Source of the DNA: Verrucomicrobiota bacterium
Lineage (GTDB): Bacteria > Verrucomicrobiota > Verrucomicrobiia > Chthoniobacterales > JACTMZ01
DNA: 43,517 nt
Assembly (NCBI GenBank): GCA_014584375.1
Contig: JACTMZ010000143.1
Coordinates: forward strand, 1 to 43,517
Direction of reading: 5' to 3'
Shown here: positions 16,809 through 25,396 of the stretch, piece by piece
How positions within the stretch are numbered: position 1 is the stretch's first letter
Layout: the number at the start of each line of letters is the position of its first letter
The notes under the pieces: generated by a model
The model's database searches: none
The model's input: the letters and a program-made list of their open reading frames with translations, nothing else
Told to the model about the DNA's origin: nothing
Translations under genes and position numbers: made by a program

Positions 16809-17161
16809 TTGGATTCCTGCGTTTTTGACTGCCAGGGCCAGCGTCCGTTGATTTCCAATTCCAGCGAAAAACTCAAAAATGTTCGAATGACAACAATGGC
16901 CGCCAGAACCGCCATATTTTGCAGCGTCGGCTTCACGGCGACCGTGCGGATGATGTCGCCGGCCACCAAAAGCTCCAAACCCAACAAAATGGCGCGCCCA
17001 AGACGCCGCCGGTAAGCCGCATACCAATCCAAGCCGGGAGGCGGCGCCTGCGCCACGGCGCGAATCGTCGCTAGAATAATCCCAAGGACAATTACCACCA
17101 CGCCAACAATGTCCACCACAGTCCCCACAATCTCCATGTACACGTTGAAATCAGCCGTCAT
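16805..17161 (-). CDS. DUF1622 family membrane protein
   Basis: 118 aa with predicted TM helices. The pattern ...YRRRLGRAILLGLELLVAGDIIRTV... is as I recall for DUF1622. Confidence 0.62.
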   Translation of the reverse strand: MTADFNVYMEIVGTVVDIVGVVVIVLGIILATIRAVAQAPPPGLDWYAAYRRRLGRAILLGLELLVAGDIIRTVAVKPTLQNMAVLAAIVVIRTFLSFSLELEINGRWPWQSKTQESK

Positions 17162-17465
17162 TCCTCCACAGATTGCACATTCACCGTTAGCAGGACAAGA
17201 CCACAGTGATTTTGCCCCGCAAATCCATGAAAAATCCTCGGAAAAATATGCCCAAGTTATTCACAATTCTGTAATTCCATGCCCACAAAAGAATAAAGTA
17301 TAACTTAATACAATATATGTCATGTATAATTGCGGTGGGGAATTTTGGAACTTCGGAAAACTGGCAATGCGGTTATTCTCAAAGGATTGAACGCTGCGGG
17401 CTCGCCCCTGCTCGGATGGTCTCACAATTTCGAGAGTGACGAATTTTATGGGTTCCGCGCATGTT

Positions 17466-18683
17466 TCAACATTTGGCGGCTGTGCAAACCTGACGGTAAA
17501 GATCGGCCGTTGTTCGCGCAATGGCTTCCCAGCCAAAAATGCGCTCGACCCTTTTGCGCGCCGCTGTTGCCATGGCGGTCCGGCGGGCATCATTACGCAT
17601 CAATTCATTGATGGCCTCCGCAAGATCCCGCGCAAATTTATCCGGATCGGTCGGCTCAAACGGAGCTGATTCCATTTGATTTACGGGCACAAGGAGGCCC
17701 GTTTCATCATGTTTGACGGCTTCGGGAATGCCGCCGACACGGCTTGCCACCACGGGAGTGCCGCAGGCCATGGCCTCCAGGTTAATGATTCCGAAAGGCT
17801 CGTATATGGAAGGACATACAAACAGAGCTGCCTGCGAATAAAGCGGAATAATCTCATTTTTGGGCAGCATCTCCTCAATCCAAATGATCCCCGGCCTCTG
17901 CGCTTGAGCTTCAAGGACGGCCTTGTGCATTTCCTCCGAAATTTCCGGTGTATCCGGCGCCCCGGCGCACAGTACCACTTGAAATCCCGAATCAAGATGC
18001 CGCAAGGCGCGCACAAGATGAATAATCCCCTTTTGCCGCGTAATACGTCCGACGAAAAGAATATAGGGCTGCGAAGGATCAATCCCATGCCGTTTTAGAA
18101 CCGATTCATCAATCCTCTGACGGTATTCATTGAGGTCAATGCCATTGTAAATGACATGAATTCGATTTGGATCAATGGAAAAGTGTTCCAGCACATCCCT
18201 GCGGGTGGATTCGGACACAGCGATGACGGCATCCGCCATTTCAAGCGCCATGCGTTCGACCCACACGGAAAAGTCGTATCCGCCGCCAAGCTGTTCGCGT
18301 TTCCAAGGGCGCAAAGGTTCCAGGGAGTGGACGGTGAGCACAAGAGGCAGCGAATAATTGAGCTTCATCAAAATGCCGGCCAAATGTGTGTACCATGTAT
18401 GTACATGGATGAGGTCGGCATTGGCGGCACCAGCGGCTGCAAAAGCCGCGTCCCTTTGCACCGAGGCAAAAACCGAATGAAGCGCCTTGGGGCAATCAAA
18501 TCCCGAGGCATCAAAATCGAATCCGCGCACATTCAAATTTCCATTCTGGAAATGCTGATTTCCGAAACAACGCACTTCGATTTCCATGAAGCGTGCCAAT
18601 TCCTGCGACAGATAATCCACATGCACACCGGCGCCTCCGTAAACATTTGGCGGGTATTCATTGGTCAGCAGCAGGGCCTTCAT
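17466..18683 (-). CDS. glgA: glycogen synthase, Corynebacterium/GlgM type (GT4 glycosyltransferase)
   Basis: MKALLLTNEYPPNVYGGAGVHV, HTWYT..AG, HSLEPLRPWKREQLGGGY, SVWVER and EPFGIINLEAMACGTPVV align closely with my memory of actinobacterial GlgM/GlgA. Confidence 0.85.
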   Translation of the reverse strand: MKALLLTNEYPPNVYGGAGVHVDYLSQELARFMEIEVRCFGNQHFQNGNLNVRGFDFDASGFDCPKALHSVFASVQRDAAFAAAGAANADLIHVHTWYTHLAGILMKLNYSLPLVLTVHSLEPLRPWKREQLGGGYDFSVWVERMALEMADAVIAVSESTRRDVLEHFSIDPNRIHVIYNGIDLNEYRQRIDESVLKRHGIDPSQPYILFVGRITRQKGIIHLVRALRHLDSGFQVVLCAGAPDTPEISEEMHKAVLEAQAQRPGIIWIEEMLPKNEIIPLYSQAALFVCPSIYEPFGIINLEAMACGTPVVASRVGGIPEAVKHDETGLLVPVNQMESAPFEPTDPDKFARDLAEAINELMRNDARRTAMATAARKRVERIFGWEAIARTTADLYRQVCTAAKC

Positions 18684-18767
18684 TTGCCAACTTTACCCTG
18701 TGTTTTGCAAATTGAGAAGGGATTGATCGGAGGTGTACTTGACACGTTCGTTTAGCATTTGGCCTCA

Positions 18768-19859
18768 ATGAATCACCGCGAAGCATGTATCGCGCTCAAT
18801 ATGGTTCCCAAAATGGGACCCGTTCGCCTGCGCCGCCTGCTGGAAGCTTTCGGCTCCGCCGAACAAATCCTTTCGGCACGCGCGGAACAATTGACGCGCG
18901 TCAACGGCATCAGTCCGGCGATTGCGGAAAACATTGTGCATTGGGAAAAATATGGCGATCCGGATGCCGAACAGCGAAAGGCCGGGGATCTTGGGGCGCA
19001 TATCATCACCGCCGAAGACGATGAATATCCCCCCGCCCTTCGGGAGATTCACGATCCGCCCATTGTTCTATATGTACGCGGACAAATTACGGAGCGAGAC
19101 CGCAACGCCGTGGCGGTGGTGGGTTCGCGCCGGGCGGGGCATTATGCCCTTGAATGCGCCAAAAAACTCAGTTTTCAAATGGCTTATGCCGGACTGACCA
19201 TCGTCAGCGGGCTGGCGCGCGGGATTGACACCGCCGCCCACAGTGGAGCCCTGGCGGCGAAGGGGCGCACCATTGCCGTGATCGGATCGGGCCTCGGACG
19301 GCTGTATCCGCCGGAAAACGCGGAACTGGCGGATCGCATTGCCGCATCCGGTGCCGTCGTTTCCGAATTTCCCGTGGAGACGGCGGCTGACCGTCAGACA
19401 TTTCCCATTCGCAACCGCATTGTCACGGGATGTTCCTTTGGAACGCTTGTTGTCGAAGCCGGCGCGAACAGCGGGGCCCTGATCAGCGCCAACATGGCCG
19501 CCGAGCAGGGACGCACTCTTTATGCAGTGCCGGGACGCATTGATCATCCCGGCTGCCTTGGCTCCAACCGCCTCATTCAGCAGGGGGCCAAACTTATTGT
19601 GAGTGCCAGTGACATTCTGGACGACCTGCCCCTTTTATTTCCAAAAGAACCCGATCTCACCGTCCCCTCGCCCGCTGTGGAACTCGAGGGCGATCAGCTC
19701 AAAGTCTATGAAGCGCTCGGTGCGGACGAGACATCGTTGGATCAAATTATTGTCACAAGCGGATTGACAGCAGCCGCCGTGTCTTCCACGTTGCTCGCCC
19801 TCGAAATTCGCAGGCTGGTCAAACAACTCCCCGGCAAACGATTCGTTAAACTCGTCTAA
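18768..19859 (+). CDS. dprA: DNA-processing protein DprA (Smf)
   Basis: VVGSRRAG..., SGLARGIDTAAHSGAL, IAVIGSGL..YP and FPIRNRI motifs. TTG 18759 or ATG 18768 could be the start. Confidence 0.9.
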   Translation: MNHREACIALNMVPKMGPVRLRRLLEAFGSAEQILSARAEQLTRVNGISPAIAENIVHWEKYGDPDAEQRKAGDLGAHIITAEDDEYPPALREIHDPPIVLYVRGQITERDRNAVAVVGSRRAGHYALECAKKLSFQMAYAGLTIVSGLARGIDTAAHSGALAAKGRTIAVIGSGLGRLYPPENAELADRIAASGAVVSEFPVETAADRQTFPIRNRIVTGCSFGTLVVEAGANSGALISANMAAEQGRTLYAVPGRIDHPGCLGSNRLIQQGAKLIVSASDILDDLPLLFPKEPDLTVPSPAVELEGDQLKVYEALGADETSLDQIIVTSGLTAAAVSSTLLALEIRRLVKQLPGKRFVKLV

Positions 19860-19862
19860 ATC

Positions 19863-22385
19863 ATGTCCAAAACCCTCGTCATAGCGGAAAAGCCCAGCGT
19901 GGCACGGGACTTCGCCCAAGTCCTCGGAAAATTCAAAAAGGAAAAAGGCTTCTACGAAAGCGAGACCATGGTGATTTCCCACACCGTCGGGCACCTTTTG
20001 GAAATCGAGGAACCCGACAGTTTCAAAGTCGTCCGAGGCAAATGGAGCCTCGAAAACCTCCCGGTTCTCCCCGATCACTTTGACCTCGTCCCACGCGAGA
20101 AAAGTCAGGATCAACTCCGCGTTCTCAAAAAGCTCTTCATTCGCAAGGATATTTCAAAAATCATCAACGCCTGCGACGCCGGACGCGAGGGCGAACTGAT
20201 TTTCCAATATGTCGCCCGGCATTTCAAAAACACAAAGCCCGTCCAACGGCTTTGGCTGCAATCCATGACGGCTTCCGCCATCCGCGAAGGCTTTGCCAAT
20301 TTGCGTGAGGATGCCGAAATGGTTCCGCTTTCGGAGGCGGCGACATGCCGTTCAGAAAGCGACTGGCTGGTGGGCATCAACGGATCGCGCGCCATGACGG
20401 CGTTTTACAAGGAGCTTCTCGGCGGTTTTCAGGTAACGCCCGTCGGACGCGTTCAAACCCCCACCCTCGCCATTCTTGTCGAGCGTGAGGAAAAAATCCG
20501 CGAATTCAAACCGACCCCCTATTTTGAACTCCACGGCGTTTTCGACGTCGCCGCTGGCAGCTATCCCGGCAAATGGTTCGATGAAAATTTCAAAAAGAGT
20601 GATGACGAAAACGCCCGGGCCGAAAGAATTTGGGATCGAGCCAAGGCGGAGGCCATCAAAGCCAAATGTGAGGGGCGCACCGGAACGGTTCGCGAGGAGC
20701 GCAAGCCGTCAGCCCAGGCTGCGCCGCTGCTCTATGATTTGACCACCCTGCAGCGCGAGGCCAACAGCCGCTTTGGGTTCAGTGCCAAGCGCACCCTGCA
20801 AATTGCACAGGCGCTTTATGAGAAACACAAGGTGCTTACCTATCCGCGCACCGACTCCCGCTATCTTCCCAATGACAATCTTTCCGTCGTCAAAAAAGTT
20901 CTTTCCGCGCTGAACGAGCCCTCCCTGGCCGTTCACGCCCGCAAGGCTTTGGACAATGGATGGGTGAAAGCATCGCCTCGCGTCTTCAACAACGCGAAAG
21001 TCAGCGATCACCACGCCATCATCCCCACCGGCGCCGGAACGGAGAAACTCGATGAAGTCGAAATGAAACTTTACGACCTCGTCGCGCGCCGCTTTGTCGC
21101 TGTTTTTTTCCCTCCCGCAAAATTTGAAATAACCAGGCGCATCACAACCATTGAGGACGAAAAATTCAAAACCGAGGGAAAAATTCTTCGCGAGCCCGGC
21201 TGGCTGGAGGTGTATGGAAAATCGGCTGCCGCCGAAGATGAGGAAAATCTTGTTCCGGTGAAGGATGGCGAAAGCGCAAAGGCTGTGGAGATTGAGTTGA
21301 AGGAGCTTCTCACCAAGCCACCGGCGCGTTTTACCGAAGCCACCCTGCTCTCGGCCATGGAGGGGGCGGGAAAGCTTATTGATGATGAGGAGCTTCGTGA
21401 GGCCATGAGCGAGCGCGGCTTGGGAACACCGGCCACGCGCGCCTCGGTGATCGAAGGGCTCCTCATGCAGGAATACATTCGCCGTGAGGGACGCGATCTC
21501 GCCGCTTCCGCCAAGGGCATCAAACTCATCACCGCCCTGCGGGAACTCCAACTGGCCGTTCTCAGCTCGCCGGAACTCACCGGAGAATGGGAATACAAAC
21601 TCAAGCAAATCGAAGCCGGAAAATTCAGCCGCGATGTTTTTATGCGGGAAATTCGCGATCTCGTGGCCGCCGTTATTAAAAAAATCAAGGAAGCCTCCGG
21701 CCACATCAATAGCGAAACCATGCGCGGAAACTTTCACGATCTCGACACCAAATGCCCCAAATGCGGCGCCACAGCCGGATTTAAGGAATCCTTCAAAGCC
21801 TATGACTGCAAGGCCGGATGCAAACTGGTCATTTGGAAAACCGTCAGCGGACGCGAACTGGAACCCGAGGAAGTCCGCTCGTTGTTGGAAGCCGGCTCCG
21901 TCGGTCCGCTCAAGGGATTCAAAAGCAAAATGGGCCGACCTTTTGAGGCGAAGCTTGCATTGAGTGAAGCCACCGAATGGAAAACCACCTTCGACTTTGG
22001 CGACGGAGGTCAGCGCAACAAAGAGCCGTTCAACAAGGAAACCGCAACCCTCATCGTCGAAAAATGCCCCGTCTGCTCCAACGGCGCCGTCTATGACGCC
22101 GGAACCGCCTACGCATGCGAACACGCGCTGACCGAGGAAAAAAAATGCTCCTTCCGCATGGGAAAAACCATTCTGCAACGCGAAATCTCAGCAAACGACA
22201 TTCGCAAAATCGCCGCCGACGGCAAAACGGATCTCCTGACAAAATTCATCTCCAAAAAAGGCCGCCCCTTCAGCGCCTTTCTCGTGCTCGATAAAAAGAC
22301 AGGAAAAGTCGGTTTTGAATTCGAGGAACGGAAATCGGCAGCCACAAAGAAGACAACGCCTCAACGCGCAAAACTTGCAAAATAA
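19863..22385 (+). CDS. topB: type IA DNA topoisomerase, topoisomerase III-like, with C-terminal zinc-ribbon/Topo-C repeats
   Basis: Toprim N-terminus MSKTLVIAEKPSVARD (IAEKPS is the topo III signature), GRVQTPTLAILVERE, active-site TYPRTDSRYL, and two C-terminal CPxC...GRPF repeats. Confidence 0.88.
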   Translation: MSKTLVIAEKPSVARDFAQVLGKFKKEKGFYESETMVISHTVGHLLEIEEPDSFKVVRGKWSLENLPVLPDHFDLVPREKSQDQLRVLKKLFIRKDISKIINACDAGREGELIFQYVARHFKNTKPVQRLWLQSMTASAIREGFANLREDAEMVPLSEAATCRSESDWLVGINGSRAMTAFYKELLGGFQVTPVGRVQTPTLAILVEREEKIREFKPTPYFELHGVFDVAAGSYPGKWFDENFKKSDDENARAERIWDRAKAEAIKAKCEGRTGTVREERKPSAQAAPLLYDLTTLQREANSRFGFSAKRTLQIAQALYEKHKVLTYPRTDSRYLPNDNLSVVKKVLSALNEPSLAVHARKALDNGWVKASPRVFNNAKVSDHHAIIPTGAGTEKLDEVEMKLYDLVARRFVAVFFPPAKFEITRRITTIEDEKFKTEGKILREPGWLEVYGKSAAAEDEENLVPVKDGESAKAVEIELKELLTKPPARFTEATLLSAMEGAGKLIDDEELREAMSERGLGTPATRASVIEGLLMQEYIRREGRDLAASAKGIKLITALRELQLAVLSSPELTGEWEYKLKQIEAGKFSRDVFMREIRDLVAAVIKKIKEASGHINSETMRGNFHDLDTKCPKCGATAGFKESFKAYDCKAGCKLVIWKTVSGRELEPEEVRSLLEAGSVGPLKGFKSKMGRPFEAKLALSEATEWKTTFDFGDGGQRNKEPFNKETATLIVEKCPVCSNGAVYDAGTAYACEHALTEEKKCSFRMGKTILQREISANDIRKIAADGKTDLLTKFISKKGRPFSAFLVLDKKTGKVGFEFEERKSAATKKTTPQRAKLAK

Positions 22386-22455
22386 GGTATTTGCGTAAAT
22401 GTGGACAAAAATGGCAAAAATTGATTTGCCTCCACCCTTCTATTCTCCTATGTTG

Positions 22456-22472
22456 TTGAGATTTAATCTCAA
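22456..22472. promoter_or_regulatory. perfect palindrome TTGAGATT-T-AATCTCAA (7-1-7 core TGAGATT-T-AATCTCA), candidate Fur- or FNR/CRP-type operator
   Basis: It lies 8 nt upstream of the DUF2249 ATG, at the head of the haem-degradation operon. The architecture matches the Fur 7-1-7 motif TGATAAT-N-ATTATCA. Confidence 0.35.
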
Positions 22473-22480
22473 TAAAACTT

Positions 22481-22774
22481 ATGAGTCATATTGCATCCGA
22501 TATTCCCGAGGAAAAAATTTTCGATGTCCGCACGATTTTTTCCGAACGTCATCAGCGGATTTTCGATCGTTTTGAATCGCTTGCCGAAGACGACTATTTT
22601 GTTCTCCGCAACGGGCACGATCCAATTCCGCTACGGCGCCAATTTGAGCAGCTTCTCCCGGGATGCTTCCGCTGGGAGTATTTGGAGCCGGGGCCGGATT
22701 TCTGTCAGGTCAAAATCACCAAGGTTCGCTCCGGACAGGCTGCGGCTCCGGTGAATGACTGTCGCTGTCAATAG
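22481..22774 (+). CDS. DUF2249 domain protein
   Basis: FDVRTIFSERHQRIFDRFESLAEDDYFVLRNGHDPIPLRRQFEQLLPGCFRWEYLEPGPDFCQVKITK follows the DUF2249 pattern (DVR..p..RH..I...f..L..g..f.L.ndHdP.PL..q.......f.weyle.GP..w.v.i.k). Confidence 0.65.
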   Translation: MSHIASDIPEEKIFDVRTIFSERHQRIFDRFESLAEDDYFVLRNGHDPIPLRRQFEQLLPGCFRWEYLEPGPDFCQVKITKVRSGQAAAPVNDCRCQ

Positions 22775-24695
22775 CGTGCGCCCTCCTGTCACCCGCATGC
22801 CGGGACCACCGCCGCTGGAGTCGTTTTTTGCCCGCGTCACGGACGATCCGCTGCGCCACGCTTTTACGGGGCGCCGTCCGGTGATTCCCTGGGTCGCGCG
22901 CAGCCCTGTCGCGGAGGATGCGATGGAAGAGACTTGGGAGCGTATTGTCTCCACGCCGCGCACGGGCAAAACGACAGCCTACCTGCATGTTCCGTTTTGC
23001 TCCAATCACTGCCTTTTTTGCAATTTCTACCGCAACTCCTCCCGCCGCAACAATTCCGCTGACTACGCCGACCACGTCATTGCGGAGTTGGAACGCGAGG
23101 CCGCGACGCCGCTGGCGCGAAGTGCGCCGGTACACGCCGTGTATTTCGGCGGCGGAACACCCACGGATCTCGAGGCGACAGATCTTGCGCGCCTGATTCG
23201 CGCTGTCCGCGAACACCTGCCACTGGCGGGTGACTGCGAATTTACCGTGGAGGCGCGAGCCACCGGATTTGACGAGGCAAAAATTGAAGCCTGCATCGCA
23301 GCCGGTGCCGGACGCTTTTCCTTCGGCGTGCAAACTTTTGACACCGATGTACGGCGAAAGCTCGGACGCAAAATGACCGGGCCGGACGTGGCGGAGTTTG
23401 TTCGTAAAATGTGTGAACGCGGACATGCGACGATCGTTTGCGATTTGATTTATGGGCTCCCCGGGCAAACGAAGGAAAGTTGGAACAACGATCTCCAAAC
23501 CGCGTTGAGTCTGGGATTGGACGGACTGGACATTTACTGCCTGACGCTGATTCCCGGCAGTCCGCTTGCAGCGGCGATTCAAAAGGGCTCAATCAAACCC
23601 GGTGCGGAAATTTCCGGTCAGGCCGAACTTTACGCCATGGGTGTCGAAACACTCGAAAATGCCGGCTGGCGTCAGCTCACCACGGCGCACTTCGCGCGCG
23701 AAACACGGGAACGCAACCTCTACAATCAACTCGTCAAAAGCGGCGCGTCCTGCCTCGCCTTTGGTTCGGGAGCCGGCGGCTCCGCAGCGGGCCACAGCTA
23801 TCAAGTCACGCCGCTGCTCAACAATTACTACGCCGCATCGTCAGCCGGACGCAAACCGCTGCACCGTATTTCCGCCAACGATCCCGGACATGCCGCCAAG
23901 GGCGAAGTGACCGGAGGATTGGAAATCGGGCGCCTGAACCTCGCCGCCGTGGAAGAAGCCGGCGCCTCCGGATTTTCACAAGCGGCAGCGCCTTTGCTCG
24001 ACCAATGGAAGGAAGCCGGCTTGCTTTGGAGAAACAATGGAACAGTCGGTCTTACGCAGGCCGGACGCTTCTGGCACACCAATCTTGTTTCCGCCCTCCA
24101 CACGGTCATTGACTCCCATCGCGAGACTTCCGCGCTCCATGCCAAAAAATTTATGAAAACACCTGAACCACCCAACCCACAAGAAAAGGAAGCCATTCTG
24201 AAAACCCTGCGCGAGCAGCTTGCAAAAAATCCCGACGGCATTTTGGAAAAAATCGCCATGGAAAATCGCGTGACAACCCGCGATGTTGTCGCCTGCCTGC
24301 CAACAGAGCATGTCGTGACGGCGGACGGCTCGAAATTTGAAGAAATCATGGCGGAGCTTTCCACCTGGGGAAATATTCTTCTGATTGTTCACACGCCGGA
24401 TGTCGTGATGGAGTGCGCCGCACCGCTACCCGCCGGAAAATTCGGACACGGATTTTTCAATCTTGGCCACGACAGCCCCATCCGCGGACACATCCGCGCC
24501 GAAAATTGCAAGGACATCTGCTTCGTCCATCGTCCGTTTATGAATATGGACACGTATTCCGTGCAGTTCTTCAACATGCGCGGCGGGGCGATGTTTAAAA
24601 TTTTCGTTCGACGCGACGAGGAAAGTGACCTGCTTGACGCAGGGCAGATCGAAAAATTTGAAAAACTTCAGGCCCGCTATCGCACCGAGGCATGA
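22755..24695 (+). CDS. anaerobic haem-degrading radical SAM methyltransferase ChuW/HutW fused to a HutX/ChuX-like haem carrier domain
   Basis: N-terminal DPLRHAFTGRRPVIPW block, radical SAM HVPFCSNHCLFCNFY and a HemN-like body to about aa 460. From an in-frame ATG at 24153, a ~180-aa HutX-like domain follows (ILKTLREQLAKNPDG..., WGNILLIVHTPDVVMEC, GHGFFNLGHDSPIRGHI, FMNMDTYSVQFFN). There is no stop between the two parts. Confidence 0.78.
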   Translation: MTVAVNSVRPPVTRMPGPPPLESFFARVTDDPLRHAFTGRRPVIPWVARSPVAEDAMEETWERIVSTPRTGKTTAYLHVPFCSNHCLFCNFYRNSSRRNNSADYADHVIAELEREAATPLARSAPVHAVYFGGGTPTDLEATDLARLIRAVREHLPLAGDCEFTVEARATGFDEAKIEACIAAGAGRFSFGVQTFDTDVRRKLGRKMTGPDVAEFVRKMCERGHATIVCDLIYGLPGQTKESWNNDLQTALSLGLDGLDIYCLTLIPGSPLAAAIQKGSIKPGAEISGQAELYAMGVETLENAGWRQLTTAHFARETRERNLYNQLVKSGASCLAFGSGAGGSAAGHSYQVTPLLNNYYAASSAGRKPLHRISANDPGHAAKGEVTGGLEIGRLNLAAVEEAGASGFSQAAAPLLDQWKEAGLLWRNNGTVGLTQAGRFWHTNLVSALHTVIDSHRETSALHAKKFMKTPEPPNPQEKEAILKTLREQLAKNPDGILEKIAMENRVTTRDVVACLPTEHVVTADGSKFEEIMAELSTWGNILLIVHTPDVVMECAAPLPAGKFGHGFFNLGHDSPIRGHIRAENCKDICFVHRPFMNMDTYSVQFFNMRGGAMFKIFVRRDEESDLLDAGQIEKFEKLQARYRTEA

Positions 24696-25351
24696 GCGCA
24701 TCCGGGATGATTTTGATTTTCGGTGCCTCCCGGGGAACGGGACTTGAAACAGTCCGGCTCGCTCGTGCGCAGGGATGGGAGGTTCACGCGTTTGTTCGCT
24801 CGACTTCATCCGCATTGGAGTCACTCGGCGTTCATCAACACACAGGGGACGCGCTGGACGCCGCTCGTGTGGCGGAAGTGTGCGCGAAATGTTCCCGCGC
24901 GGACGCAGTGATTTCAACAATGGGCGGCGGCCCCATCGGAGCCTCGTCGGATTTTGCGGGCGTGGCCAACGCCGTGGATGGCGCAAAGGCGGCAAAGATT
25001 GACCGCTTCCTGCTTGTCTCATCACTCGGCGCCGGAGAAAGCCGCCGCCACGCCTCGGAACGCCTTTTGCAGGCCATCGGTGAAATTCTTGAGGAAAAAA
25101 CGCGCGGCGAAGAACATCTCCTCGCCTCCGGCCTGCGCAGCACCATCATCCGCCCGGGGCGATTGGTGGACGAGCCACAGCCCGGCGGCGGCGCATTGGT
25201 GGAAGATCCCGGCGTTCACGGCGACCTCGGACGCAGCGACCTTGCCGAACTTTTGATCGCTAGCATCAAGGCACCGCAAACCGAAAACCGGGTTTTCTCG
25301 GCCGTCGGGCGCAGTTTTTTGGATGCTGCTGCGCAGCCGGTAAAATTTTAA
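24692..25351 (+). CDS. NAD(P)H-binding (atypical SDR/NmrA-like) protein, ChuY-like candidate anaerobilin reductase
   Basis: Rossmann N-terminus MILIFGASRGTGLETVRLA. Size and fold class match ChuY. The start overlaps the preceding stop in an ATGA (24692..24695). The function is inferred from context. Confidence 0.6.
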   Translation: MSASGMILIFGASRGTGLETVRLARAQGWEVHAFVRSTSSALESLGVHQHTGDALDAARVAEVCAKCSRADAVISTMGGGPIGASSDFAGVANAVDGAKAAKIDRFLLVSSLGAGESRRHASERLLQAIGEILEEKTRGEEHLLASGLRSTIIRPGRLVDEPQPGGGALVEDPGVHGDLGRSDLAELLIASIKAPQTENRVFSAVGRSFLDAAAQPVKF

Positions 25352-25396
25352 AACGAGAGACAAAAATCCAAGATTCCACCCCCGCACCGCGTCGCG

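Noticed and set aside
20709-22178. 489-aa minus-strand ORF inside the topoisomerase gene
   Set aside because: It is antisense to a clearly conserved type IA topoisomerase, Gly/Phe-rich, and has no motifs.
22413-22430. GGCAAA-AATTGA-TTTGCC hairpin after the topoisomerase gene as a terminator
   Set aside because: It is a 6-bp A/T-rich stem with no following U-tract, so the support is insufficient.
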